Below, piece after piece: positions 20,148 to 29,086 of a stretch of 64,000 nucleotides of DNA. The DNA comes from a bacterium (GTDB lineage Bacteria > UBA8248 > JACPRG01 > G963555815). Every line of letters begins with the position of its first letter. Position 1 is the stretch's first letter. The notes below the pieces were generated by a model. That model made no database searches and was not told where the DNA came from. It worked only from the letters and a program-made list of their open reading frames with translations. The translations under genes were made by a program, and so were the position numbers. The DNA lies in NCBI GenBank assembly GCA_963555815.3, contig CAUVWX020000001.1:384001-448000 (forward strand), read 5' to 3'.

Positions 20148-20897
20148 TCATGTCGCAAGCTTTGAAGGGTTGGAGATGGAATGTGCGAGGACGATGAGGG
20201 AAGCGCCGAAGGGGAGATCGACCCTGCGGAGCCAGCGCGCCTCAACCCCTGAAAGGGCGATGAGCAGGCGGTTCATCGGCTCTGGGACGCTTAAGAAATC
20301 ATCTCCCAGGATGTCCTGGCCCTGACGGGGACGCCGTCGCACAGGTCGCAACGCCGTCATCACGGGATAAAGGAAAGAGAAAGTATAGCTCAGGCGCTCA
20401 ATCCAAAACCCCGCCTCCCGCAGCTTTTCTCCGAGCTCCACCCTCCGGTAGCGGCGGACATGGTGACAGAGCTCGTCGTGCCGGCCCCACAGATGCGGAT
20501 GAGCCGGGGTCGTCAGGACAAGCTTTCCGCCGGGTTTGAGGATCCTGTGCCACTCCAAAAGGGCACTCCTGTCGTCGCAAATATGCTCCAGGACCTCGGA
20601 AGCAACGAGGGCGTCAAAGGCGGCGTTTTGAAAAGGAAGGTGCGTCACGGAAGCCCGACAGAGCCCGGCCCCGGGCACCCTCTTGTGTGTCTGCACCATG
20701 GCCACGGGGGAGGAGTCGACCCCATAGAGGGCATCAGACTGCCCGGCGACGGCCTCAAAGAGGGCCCCTGTCCCACAACCCAGGTCCAGCACGCGGCCAC
20801 AGCGACCCAGCCACTGTCGAACCAGCCGGTTCTTGGCCACGTACCACCAGTAAGAGTCTTCGATGTCGGCGAACTTCTGCTCGAGTCGCGGGTCCAT
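20148..20897 (-). CDS. Class I SAM-dependent methyltransferase
   Basis: VLDLGCGTG, EVLEHI, LKPGG, WGRHD..HVRRY, LPFG. Confidence 0.85.
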   Translation of the reverse strand: MDPRLEQKFADIEDSYWWYVAKNRLVRQWLGRCGRVLDLGCGTGALFEAVAGQSDALYGVDSSPVAMVQTHKRVPGAGLCRASVTHLPFQNAAFDALVASEVLEHICDDRSALLEWHRILKPGGKLVLTTPAHPHLWGRHDELCHHVRRYRRVELGEKLREAGFWIERLSYTFSFLYPVMTALRPVRRRPRQGQDILGDDFLSVPEPMNRLLIALSGVEARWLRRVDLPFGASLIVLAHSISNPSKLAT

Positions 20898-21040
20898 ACG
20901 CCCTTCGTCGTTACGGGGGGGGCGTCTCGATGCGCCCCGTATATAGCCTGACGGCAACCGTCTTTGCAAAGCGATTCTCGTTGGATCCCTATGAGTTGTC
21001 CAGTGGGCTTGTGAGAAGTCCACCGGTCGCTGAATTTCCC

Positions 21041-21069
21041 TTGACAACCGGAAAGGGGAAGCATAAAAA
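21041..21069 (+). promoter_or_regulatory. Sigma70-type promoter of the aroF leader
   Basis: TTGACA-17 nt-TAAAAA. Confidence 0.5.
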
Positions 21070-21093
21070 GTTTCAACAAGATAGGAGAAGATT

Positions 21094-21147
21094 GTGCGTC
21101 AGGTTCGCCCCTCAGACCGAGCCGAATACTTTTTAAGCTTTCGTTAG
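21094..21147 (+). CDS. Putative attenuator leader peptide MRQVRPSDRAEYFLSFR
   Basis: AGGAG RBS, GTG start, Tyr-Phe-x-x-Phe codons, terminator downstream, directly before DAHP synthase. Confidence 0.6.
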   Translation: MRQVRPSDRAEYFLSFR

Positions 21148-21235
21148 GTCTGCCTGCCGCCACTTTCTCTTCTGAGGCTGGCCGCGGGCGGACTGGCGGT
21201 TCCCCGTAGCCTTCCTGAGCCGCTTTCGCCAGATT

Positions 21236-21270
21236 AGCCGCGGGGACGCCTGCGGTTTTTTATTTTTTCT
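21236..21270 (+). terminator. Attenuator terminator upstream of aroF
   Basis: AGCCGCGGG-GACG-CCTGCGGTT hairpin followed by TTTATTTTTT. Confidence 0.75.
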
Positions 21271-21290
21271 TTTGGGAGAGTGCCCCAACC

Positions 21291-22307
21291 ATGATCATCG
21301 TGATGAAGGCCGGTGCGACGGAAGAAGAGCTTTCAGCCGTCGTGGCCCGGGTGAAGGAGCTGGGCTATCAGCCCCACGTGATCCAGGGCGTTGAACGCTC
21401 GGTCGTCGGCGCGGTGGGCGACGAGCGGGAAAAGGCGAGACTTCAGGCCCTGGAGGTCCTGGCGGGGGTGGAGAGCGTCGTCCCCATCCTTCGGCCCTAC
21501 AAGCTCGCAAGCAGTCAAGTCCACCCCGACCGGACGATGGTGAGGGTGGATGGAGTTTCAGTGGGTGGAGAGAAGCTCGCCGTCATTGCGGGTCCCTGTT
21601 CGGTGGAAAGCAGGGAGCAGATCCTGGAAGTGGCGCGGACCGTCAAGGAGGCTGGGGCCAACCTCCTCCGGGGCGGGGCCTTCAAACCCAGGACGTCTCC
21701 CTATAGCTTCCAGGGGCTGGCCGAGGAGGGGCTCAAATTTCTGGCCGAGGCCAAAGCGGAGACGGGTCTTCCCATCGTTACAGAGGTCATGAACCCGGGC
21801 GATGTGGACCTCGTGGAGCGTTACGCCGATGTTCTTCAGATCGGGGCCCGAAACATCCAGAACTTCCCGCTCCTTCGTCAGACAGGCCAAGCCAAGAAAC
21901 CCATCTTCCTCAAGCGCGGCATGATGACCACCATTGAGGAGTTTCTGATGTCGGCGGAATACATCCTCTCGGAGGGAAACCCCAATGTGATCCTCTGCGA
22001 ACGGGGGATTCGGACCTTCGAGACGGCCACCCGAAACACCCTGGACCTCAGCGCCATCCCCATCCTCAAGGCGGAGTCCCATCTGCCTGTCATCGTGGAC
22101 CCCAGCCATGCGACGGGGACCTGGCATCTGGTGAACCCCATGGCCAAGGCCGCCATTGCCGCCGGGGCCGACGGTCTGATGATCGAGGTCCACCCGAAGC
22201 CCGCTGAGGCTCTTTCGGACGGCGCCCAGTCCCTCACCCCTGAAAACTTTGCCCTCCTCATGAAGGAGCTCATCCCGTTCGTGGCCGCGGCGGGTCGATC
22301 TCTCTGA
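21291..22307 (+). CDS. aroF: DAHP synthase class I-beta with N-terminal ACT-like domain
   Basis: [39 protein letters not shown]. Confidence 0.95.
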   Translation: MIIVMKAGATEEELSAVVARVKELGYQPHVIQGVERSVVGAVGDEREKARLQALEVLAGVESVVPILRPYKLASSQVHPDRTMVRVDGVSVGGEKLAVIAGPCSVESREQILEVARTVKEAGANLLRGGAFKPRTSPYSFQGLAEEGLKFLAEAKAETGLPIVTEVMNPGDVDLVERYADVLQIGARNIQNFPLLRQTGQAKKPIFLKRGMMTTIEEFLMSAEYILSEGNPNVILCERGIRTFETATRNTLDLSAIPILKAESHLPVIVDPSHATGTWHLVNPMAKAAIAAGADGLMIEVHPKPAEALSDGAQSLTPENFALLMKELIPFVAAAGRSL

Positions 22308-22316
22308 GGCCGATGC

Positions 22317-24311
22317 GTGACTGATGCTCCTCGGCCCTCCCCGGGTCAAGAGAGCGTGTGGGAGGAGATCTTCGGTCCGGGGGGCCGGCTCTCGGCCGTT
22401 CTGCCTGGATACGAGGAACGCCCGGGCCAGGCCGAGATGGCCGCTGCCGTGGCAGAGACCCTTGGGGAAGGGGGCGAACTCCTCGTCGAGGCGGGGACCG
22501 GGACCGGTAAGACCCTGGCCTATCTGGCCCCGGCAGCCCTCTGCGGAACCCGCGTCATCATCTCCACAGGCACAAAGACCCTCCAGGACCAGATCCTTCA
22601 CAAAGACCTTCCCTTGTTAGAGACCCTCCTTGGGAAATCCCTTCGAGCTTGCGTCATGAAGGGGCGGCCGAACTACCTCTGCCGACGTCGATACCAGGCC
22701 TTCCTGAACGCGCCCACCTTCCGGACCCAGAAGGAGGGTCGTCTCTTTGAGGAGATTAATAAATGGGTGGAGACCTCCGAGGCGGGCGACATCGCGGAGC
22801 TCGACCAGATCCCGGAAGACTACGGCCCCTGGCGCGAGGTAAGCTCCACCAGCGAGACCTGCCAGGGCTCGAAATGCCCCCTTTATGAAACCTCCTTTAC
22901 GACCAAGATGCGAGCCGTTGCGGCGGCCTCAGACATTATCATCGTCAACCACCACCTCTTCTTCTCGGACCTCTCCCTTCGTCTCCGGGGAAGAGGAGAG
23001 CATTTCCCCGGCCGTGTCCTGCCCCGCTATCACGCCGTCATCTTCGACGAGGCCCATATCCTGGAGGACGTGGCGACGGAGTATTTTGGCGTGACCATCA
23101 GCCGGGGACGATTCGAGGAGGTGGCCCGAGACATGCTGCGGGAGCTGGCGGGAAGACGCGATAACCGGCTCACAGGGAATCTGGCCCGCCTCGCCCGGGC
23201 GACCGACGCCTTCTTTGAGACCCTCCCCCCGGAGGTGGTCGAGCCACTCCGAGAGGCCGAGACGGGGGGACGTCGAAGGCTCCGCCCCGAAAATGTCTCC
23301 CCTTCTCTTCAGGAGGCCAAAGAGGGGCTGAACGGGGTTTTAATCACCCTCTCCAATCAGCTTTCCCGAAAGCAGGAGGAGGGTTTTTTGGCCGGGGCCA
23401 GACGGTGCCGTGAGATCTCCGATGATCTCTCCTTCATCCTGGAGATGAAAGATCCGGAATACATTTCGTGGGTCCAATCCAGGGGCAAAAGTTTTGCGCT
23501 CAGCGCTTCCCCCATCCACGTGGCGGGCCTCCTTCAGACCGAGCTTTTCGACCGCCTAAAAAGCGTCGTCCTCACCTCGGCTACCCTGAGCTCAGGGGAA
23601 AGTTTTGACTATATTAGAGGACGACTGGGGCTCCGCCAGCCTACAAATCTCCTCATCCACTCCCCTTTTGACCACCCCCGCCAGGGAGTCCTCTTTCTTC
23701 CCCAGGGTCTCCCCTATCCTGATTCACCTCGTTTCGTTGAGGCCATCTGTCCGGTGATCGAGTCGGTGCTGAAAATTTCAGGGGGAAGGGCCTTTGTCCT
23801 CTTCACCAGTTACCGCAACATGCGGGCGGCCCACGCTCGCCTCAAACAAAAACTCCCCTACCGGGTTTTCCTTCAGGGGGAGCGGCCGAAATCTTTGCTC
23901 CTTGAGGATTTTCGGTCGGGAGCCTCGTCTGTCCTCTTTGGCACCTCAAGCTTCTGGCAGGGGGTGGACGTCCAGGGGGAGGCCCTAAGCTGCGTCATCA
24001 TTGATAAGTTGCCCTTCGCAAGCCCGGCCGACCCCCTGGTCGAGGCGAGAGTGGAAGCGCTTTCGGCCGCCGGGGAAGACCCCTTCCTTTCCTATCAGGT
24101 GCCTCAGGCCGTCATCTCCCTCAAACAGGGCCTCGGTCGCCTCATAAGGAGCCGGAAGGACCGGGGGATCCTGGCTGTCCTGGACGGTCGGATCACCTCC
24201 CGGCCCTACGGGCAACTTTTTCTGAAGAACCTTCCCCCCTGGCCTGTCGTCAGGACCCTTGAGAAGTTAAGGGAACAAGAAACTCTGTCGAAAGCGGGCT
24301 CATCGGCCTAG
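22317..24311 (+). CDS. DinG/YoaA family helicase
   Basis: EAGTGTGKT, NYLC, VNHHL, DEAH, TSATL, QGLGRLIR. Confidence 0.92.
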   Translation: MTDAPRPSPGQESVWEEIFGPGGRLSAVLPGYEERPGQAEMAAAVAETLGEGGELLVEAGTGTGKTLAYLAPAALCGTRVIISTGTKTLQDQILHKDLPLLETLLGKSLRACVMKGRPNYLCRRRYQAFLNAPTFRTQKEGRLFEEINKWVETSEAGDIAELDQIPEDYGPWREVSSTSETCQGSKCPLYETSFTTKMRAVAAASDIIIVNHHLFFSDLSLRLRGRGEHFPGRVLPRYHAVIFDEAHILEDVATEYFGVTISRGRFEEVARDMLRELAGRRDNRLTGNLARLARATDAFFETLPPEVVEPLREAETGGRRRLRPENVSPSLQEAKEGLNGVLITLSNQLSRKQEEGFLAGARRCREISDDLSFILEMKDPEYISWVQSRGKSFALSASPIHVAGLLQTELFDRLKSVVLTSATLSSGESFDYIRGRLGLRQPTNLLIHSPFDHPRQGVLFLPQGLPYPDSPRFVEAICPVIESVLKISGGRAFVLFTSYRNMRAAHARLKQKLPYRVFLQGERPKSLLLEDFRSGASSVLFGTSSFWQGVDVQGEALSCVIIDKLPFASPADPLVEARVEALSAAGEDPFLSYQVPQAVISLKQGLGRLIRSRKDRGILAVLDGRITSRPYGQLFLKNLPPWPVVRTLEKLREQETLSKAGSSA

Positions 24312-24480
24312 AAGTGCAAGTTGCGTCCAGGGCCTGAAAGCCCTATTATCGTCATTAAAGAGCTCTTCCTGTTTTCCTAACAGAAGGGCCCTAAAACTCT
24401 TCCCGAGCGGCCTGGAGACCCGGGCGAAAAAACCGGGAAGGTTTGAGCAGTTTTCTATCTCATCCCCAGGGAGATCCACA

Positions 24481-25596
24481 ATGAGCGCACCCCCCCTGAC
24501 CGAAACGCAGATCCTCGACGCCCTTCGGCGCATCCAGGACCCGGACCTCCACCGGGACATCGTCAGCCTGGACTTTATCAAGGATCTCAAGGTGGAGGAC
24601 GGGAGCGTCGCCTTCACCATCGAGCTCACGACCCCCGCCTGCCCGGTCAAGGCCCAGATGGAGGCTCAGGCCAAGGAGTTCGTCGGCGCCCTTCCAGGTG
24701 TCAAGGAGGTAGACGTCACCATGTCGGCCCGGGTGACCAGAGGCCGCGCCGCCACTGACAAACAGTCTATCTCCGGGGTCCGAAACATTATCGCCGTCGC
24801 CAGCGGGAAGGGGGGCGTGGGGAAATCCACCGTAGCGGTCAACCTAGCCATGGCCCTCGCTGAGTCGGGTGCCCGGGTGGGGTTGATGGACTCGGACATC
24901 TATGGCCCGAGCATTCCCCTCATGATGAACGTCTCTGGCTCGCCCACAGCAGGCGCCGGAAACCGCATGGTCCCTATGGAGAACTACGGCGTCAAGCTCA
25001 TGTCCATTGGCTTTATGACCCCTGGCGATGACAGCCCTGTCATCTGGCGGGGGCCCATGGTGATGCAGGCCGTGACCCAATTCCTCTACAACGTGGAATG
25101 GGGAGAGCTTGACTACCTCATCGTGGACATGCCCCCCGGGACCGGGGACGCCGTGCTCACGCTGGTCCAAAAGGTCCCCCTGAGCGGGGCCGTGATCGTC
25201 ACGACCCCCCAGGACATCGCCCTCATCGACGCCAAAAAGGGCCTGATGATGTTCACCAAGGTGGAGACGCCCATCCTGGGAATCGTCGAGAATATGAGCT
25301 CCTTTGTCTGCCCCCACTGCGGCGAGCGAACAGAGATCTTCAGCTCCGGCGGAGGGAGGAAGATGTCCGAGAAGTATGAAGTCCCCCTCCTGGGGGAGAT
25401 CCCCCTCGATCCGGAGATCCGGGAATGGGGGGACCAGGGAAAGCCCATCGTCATCGCCAAGCCCGAATCCCCTGTGGCCGAGGCCTTTAGAACATTCGCC
25501 TCCGCCGTGGCCGCTCGGGTCAGCGTGGTCAACATCGGGACGGGAACGGCCGACCGGCCCGCTTCCGGATCCTACATCCCCCTCAAGGTGGGTTGA
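24481..25596 (+). CDS. mrp: Mrp/ApbC/NBP35 Fe-S cluster carrier ATPase
   Basis: LTTPACP, GKGGVGKST, IWRGP, DMPPGTGD, CPHC. Confidence 0.95.
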   Translation: MSAPPLTETQILDALRRIQDPDLHRDIVSLDFIKDLKVEDGSVAFTIELTTPACPVKAQMEAQAKEFVGALPGVKEVDVTMSARVTRGRAATDKQSISGVRNIIAVASGKGGVGKSTVAVNLAMALAESGARVGLMDSDIYGPSIPLMMNVSGSPTAGAGNRMVPMENYGVKLMSIGFMTPGDDSPVIWRGPMVMQAVTQFLYNVEWGELDYLIVDMPPGTGDAVLTLVQKVPLSGAVIVTTPQDIALIDAKKGLMMFTKVETPILGIVENMSSFVCPHCGERTEIFSSGGGRKMSEKYEVPLLGEIPLDPEIREWGDQGKPIVIAKPESPVAEAFRTFASAVAARVSVVNIGTGTADRPASGSYIPLKVG

Positions 25597-25677
25597 GATA
25601 AGCCCCCCAAAGAGCCTCTGGTTTTTGAGATCGCCCGGGAGTTTATTTTTGTCTTAGCCCGGTGTCTTCCCACCTCG

Positions 25678-27063
25678 ATGGGAAAGGGGATGCCTTTAAC
25701 CTGGCTTCAAAAGCTCACCCATAGTTTCAAAAGCGTCGTCCCTTTCCCAGGCTTCCTTTTGCTCCCCTTCTTCGTGGTCGCCTGCGAGGGATTTCAGGAT
25801 GCCAGACTGACCACGACCCCGCCGCCCCGGGCTTTCATCAAGGTTTTTATCTCCCAGGATCTGGAACTCGACAAAAGTCCTCCCCCCGCAGCCGACGCCG
25901 TCGACGAGGCCGCCGAAACCGTCTCGCCCAATCCTGATCCCGATGCGGACTCCTCTCACCTTCCCCTCCTGACAGCGGCCCGGACCCAAGCAAACGCCCT
26001 TCAACTCTTCTTCAGCCAACTCAACGACCCCAGTCTCATCAAGGGCCTCTCCATTCAAGCGGAGGTGAGAAACCCCCTGGGGGAGGAACAGGCCCGGTCT
26101 AAAAGGGCCACCCGGAAGAAGGCACCGGAGATCAAGTCTGGCCCCCCTAACAAACCAAAACCCCCGGTGAAACCCAGTGTTGCCACCCTCTATTTCGCCA
26201 GCGCCGAGGCCCGAGACCGAGAGGCCCTCCTGAAGGCCCTCGGACCGAACGAGATAGGCGCGCTCACCTGCGGCCCTCCCGCCGGGGAGAGAAGAATCCT
26301 CTCCCTCTTCGGCTTTCTCTCGGCAGCGGCAAAGCGGACAGCCATATTCCTGAAGGAGCGGGGAGATGAGCAAGTTGTCCTGCTGGTCGACCCGACACCC
26401 TACGGAGAAAGGGGAAGGATAGTTTTTGGGCAGGCGGCCAGAGAGTCAGGCCTTCAGATCCTGTCCGAGGGTGTTCTCGAGGAGGACGCCCTTAAAATTC
26501 CTCTCCCTGACAGGAGGGATGTGCCTCTTGTGATCTGGACAGAAGATATCAGGGCGATCTCCATCCTGCAGTCCCTGCGACAGATGGGCTACGAAGATTT
26601 CGTCTTCGGCCCCGCCGTGCCTCATCCGGATTTGACCTTTGACACCACCCACCCCTGGACCCCCAACCTCTTCCTGAAAGAGGCGGAGGGAGTCCTGGCG
26701 GTAGCCCACAAACTCCTCGTCGCGGACACCCTGCCTAAAACCGACCCTCACGGACCTCGGTTGAGAAAGTTCCGGGAAGAATACGAGATAGCGTTCGAGT
26801 CCCCCCCCTCCTTGCTGGGCGCTTGCACCTACGATGCCCTCGTCTTTGCCGCCGAGAACCTGCGGGCCCTGGCTCACCCCCTGGACCTGGCGACGCTGCC
26901 CCCCCGCACTCTTCAGCGCCTGTTGAGCGCCCCGTCCTGGTCAGGGGTATCGGGCATCTATGTCTTTCAAACGGCAGCCTCAGGGGACCGGGTAGGCCTT
27001 CTCGACCTGGACGCCTTTGTGATGGTGAAGGCAGAGGGGGGTCGCTGGCAGCTTGTCCAGTGA
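25678..27063 (+). CDS. Lipoprotein with a type I periplasmic-binding (LivJ-like) fold
   Basis: VVAC lipobox, PYGERG, YDAL, GVSGIYVF; divergent. Confidence 0.55.
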   Translation: MGKGMPLTWLQKLTHSFKSVVPFPGFLLLPFFVVACEGFQDARLTTTPPPRAFIKVFISQDLELDKSPPPAADAVDEAAETVSPNPDPDADSSHLPLLTAARTQANALQLFFSQLNDPSLIKGLSIQAEVRNPLGEEQARSKRATRKKAPEIKSGPPNKPKPPVKPSVATLYFASAEARDREALLKALGPNEIGALTCGPPAGERRILSLFGFLSAAAKRTAIFLKERGDEQVVLLVDPTPYGERGRIVFGQAARESGLQILSEGVLEEDALKIPLPDRRDVPLVIWTEDIRAISILQSLRQMGYEDFVFGPAVPHPDLTFDTTHPWTPNLFLKEAEGVLAVAHKLLVADTLPKTDPHGPRLRKFREEYEIAFESPPSLLGACTYDALVFAAENLRALAHPLDLATLPPRTLQRLLSAPSWSGVSGIYVFQTAASGDRVGLLDLDAFVMVKAEGGRWQLVQ

Positions 27064-27114
27064 GGCAATAGAGGGCCTTGTCGGCCGCGAAAAATCTGCT
27101 AAAATAGCTTCATC

Positions 27115-27462
27115 ATGCGCCAAAAGTTGAAAAGGCTTTATGCCGCGTGGCGAGTCGCCACTGCGGGCAGTCTGGCGGCGGGCTTTTTGCTCACCTACCT
27201 GGTCGCCCTTCCTCCGCACCTGGTCCACCACATCTTCGAAGCGGAGCCGAGCGACCCCTTCAAGGTAGACCTGAGCCAATCGGGCTGCTCTCACCTCGCC
27301 CAGAGCCAGACGACCACACCACATCAGACAGATGCGCCGAGCCTGATCCCTCCCATCCCCGCCGAAATCCTTCACGCTCTCTTTTCTGGAACGTCTCTTC
27401 CATCGCCCAAATTCAGGATCAACCATCCTCGCGCCCCACCCTGCTTCACACTCTCCACGTAG
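27115..27462 (+). CDS. DUF2946/CruR-like leader protein with C-terminal RAPP motif
   Basis: N-terminal TM, HLVHH, CSH, Pro-rich linker, HPRAPP near the C-terminus; upstream of copper genes. Confidence 0.7.
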   Translation: MRQKLKRLYAAWRVATAGSLAAGFLLTYLVALPPHLVHHIFEAEPSDPFKVDLSQSGCSHLAQSQTTTPHQTDAPSLIPPIPAEILHALFSGTSLPSPKFRINHPRAPPCFTLST

Positions 27463-27567
27463 CTTCGTCAATTCTCATAATTTACTGAACTGAGCGGACT
27501 CTTTGGGTGTCCGGGGGCATGCACCTTGTCCATCCGGGGGAGAGTGTCCGCTCAGAGGAGAACATAT

Positions 27568-28521
27568 ATGAAAATTCGGATGACGGGTTTTATCTGTCTT
27601 GTGATCCTAGCGATCGGAGCTGGGCCCGCCTTAGGCCACGGGCTGGTGGGAAAGCGGTTCTTTCCGTCCACGCTCGCGATTGAGGACCCTTTTGCTTCCG
27701 ACGAGCTGACGCTCCCGGCGTTCATCATCATCAAAGAGCCCCCGGAGGGGGATGAGCCAGCCACGGTCGAGACAGAGATAGAGGCGGAGTACTCAAAACG
27801 CATCACGCCGCATTTGGCGGTCTTCTTCGAGGGCGAGTGGGCCCATCTGAGCCCTGACAGCGGATCCGACGAGACTGGGTTCGGTAATCCCGAGGTGGGC
27901 CTCAAGTATCAGCTCTTCGAGAACGACGTCCACGAAACCGTTATCTCCCTGGCGCTGGGTTGGGCGATTGGCGGCGTGGGGAGCAAGGACGTTGAGGCCG
28001 TTTCCTTCAGCGAGCTCAACCCGAATCTCACTTTCGGAAAAGGGTTCGGCGACCTGCCCAATTCTCTTTCCTACCTCAAGCCTTTCGCTCTTACCGGGGT
28101 CTTCGGGGCAAAGATTCCGACCCGCAGCAGCTCAAAAAAAGTCGAGACCCACGAGAGCGAGGTGGAGATTGAGATCGAGCAGCACCCGAACAAACTTCAG
28201 TGGGGGTTCGTGGTCGAGTACAGCATCCCGTACCTTCAATCGTTCGTGAAGGACATCGGCCTTCCCTTCCCTTTCAACCGGATGATCCCCGTCGTCGAGC
28301 TGGCTCTTGAAACCCCGCTCGACCGCGGATCGGCCGGAGACACGACGGGGGCCATCAATCCCGGGGTCATCTGGACCAAAAAATCATTCCAGTTCGCGTT
28401 GGAGGCCGTTATTCCCATTAACGATCGGACAGGCGAAAACATAGGAGTGCGGGGAATGTTCCACCTCTTCCTGGACGACCTGTTCCCTAAAAGTCTAGGT
28501 CGGCCGATCTTCGGCGGATGA
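27568..28521 (+). CDS. Putative outer-membrane beta-barrel, copper-associated
   Basis: GAGGAG RBS; signal ALG|HGLVGKRFFP gives a mature N-terminal His; amphipathic strands; overlaps copC. Confidence 0.6.
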   Translation: MKIRMTGFICLVILAIGAGPALGHGLVGKRFFPSTLAIEDPFASDELTLPAFIIIKEPPEGDEPATVETEIEAEYSKRITPHLAVFFEGEWAHLSPDSGSDETGFGNPEVGLKYQLFENDVHETVISLALGWAIGGVGSKDVEAVSFSELNPNLTFGKGFGDLPNSLSYLKPFALTGVFGAKIPTRSSSKKVETHESEVEIEIEQHPNKLQWGFVVEYSIPYLQSFVKDIGLPFPFNRMIPVVELALETPLDRGSAGDTTGAINPGVIWTKKSFQFALEAVIPINDRTGENIGVRGMFHLFLDDLFPKSLGRPIFGG

Positions 28522-28889
28522 CTATGAACCGTCTCAGCGCCATCGGGCTTGCCTTGGCCGTCCTGCTCTTGGGGGCAACTGGGTTAGAGGCCCATACGTT
28601 CCTTGAGCGCGCCGAGCCCCGGGTCGGGAACACAGTAAAAACTTCACCGACCGAGGTCAGGCTGTGGTTCTCCGATCACCTCGATCCTGCCTACAGTAAT
28701 GTCCAAGTGGTCAACGAGGCCGGCGAGCAGGTGGACAAGGGAGACGGTCAGGTGGACTCCTCCAACCCTGTGCTGCTCCGAGTTTCTCTCCCCTCACTTC
28801 CATCCGGGGCCTATCAGGTGATTTGGAGCGTGCTCTCGGTAGATGGTCATGCCGTTCGGGAAGACTTCACCTTCCGAGTGACCCCTTGA
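28518..28889 (+). CDS. copC: Periplasmic copper chaperone CopC
   Basis: LEA|HTFL (His1), P..VRLWFS, YQVIWSVLSVDGH, FTFRV. Confidence 0.92.
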   Translation: MTMNRLSAIGLALAVLLLGATGLEAHTFLERAEPRVGNTVKTSPTEVRLWFSDHLDPAYSNVQVVNEAGEQVDKGDGQVDSSNPVLLRVSLPSLPSGAYQVIWSVLSVDGHAVREDFTFRVTP

Positions 28890-28905
28890 GAAGGAAGCCT
28901 TTATA

Positions 28906-28995
28906 TCACCCGTTCACGAGGCGGACGAGGGGGGTGTCGGGCAGGAAATCAATGACGTTCAGGGATCCATAACCCTGGTTAATGCGAAAGACGTA
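28906..28995 (-). repeat. Direct-repeat copy of the cobC-like gene 3' end (partner at 30355-30444)
   Basis: 28906-28964 differs from 30355-30413 at one base; translates YVFRINQGYGSLNVIDFLPDTPLVRLVNG*. Confidence 0.92.
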
Positions 28996-29086
28996 GAATT
29001 CGTCAACATCCATTTTCCCAAATCTGGAAAAGCATCTTTTCTCGAAAGGAGTTGCTTCAAGAACTTACGGAGAGACTATTTCTATT

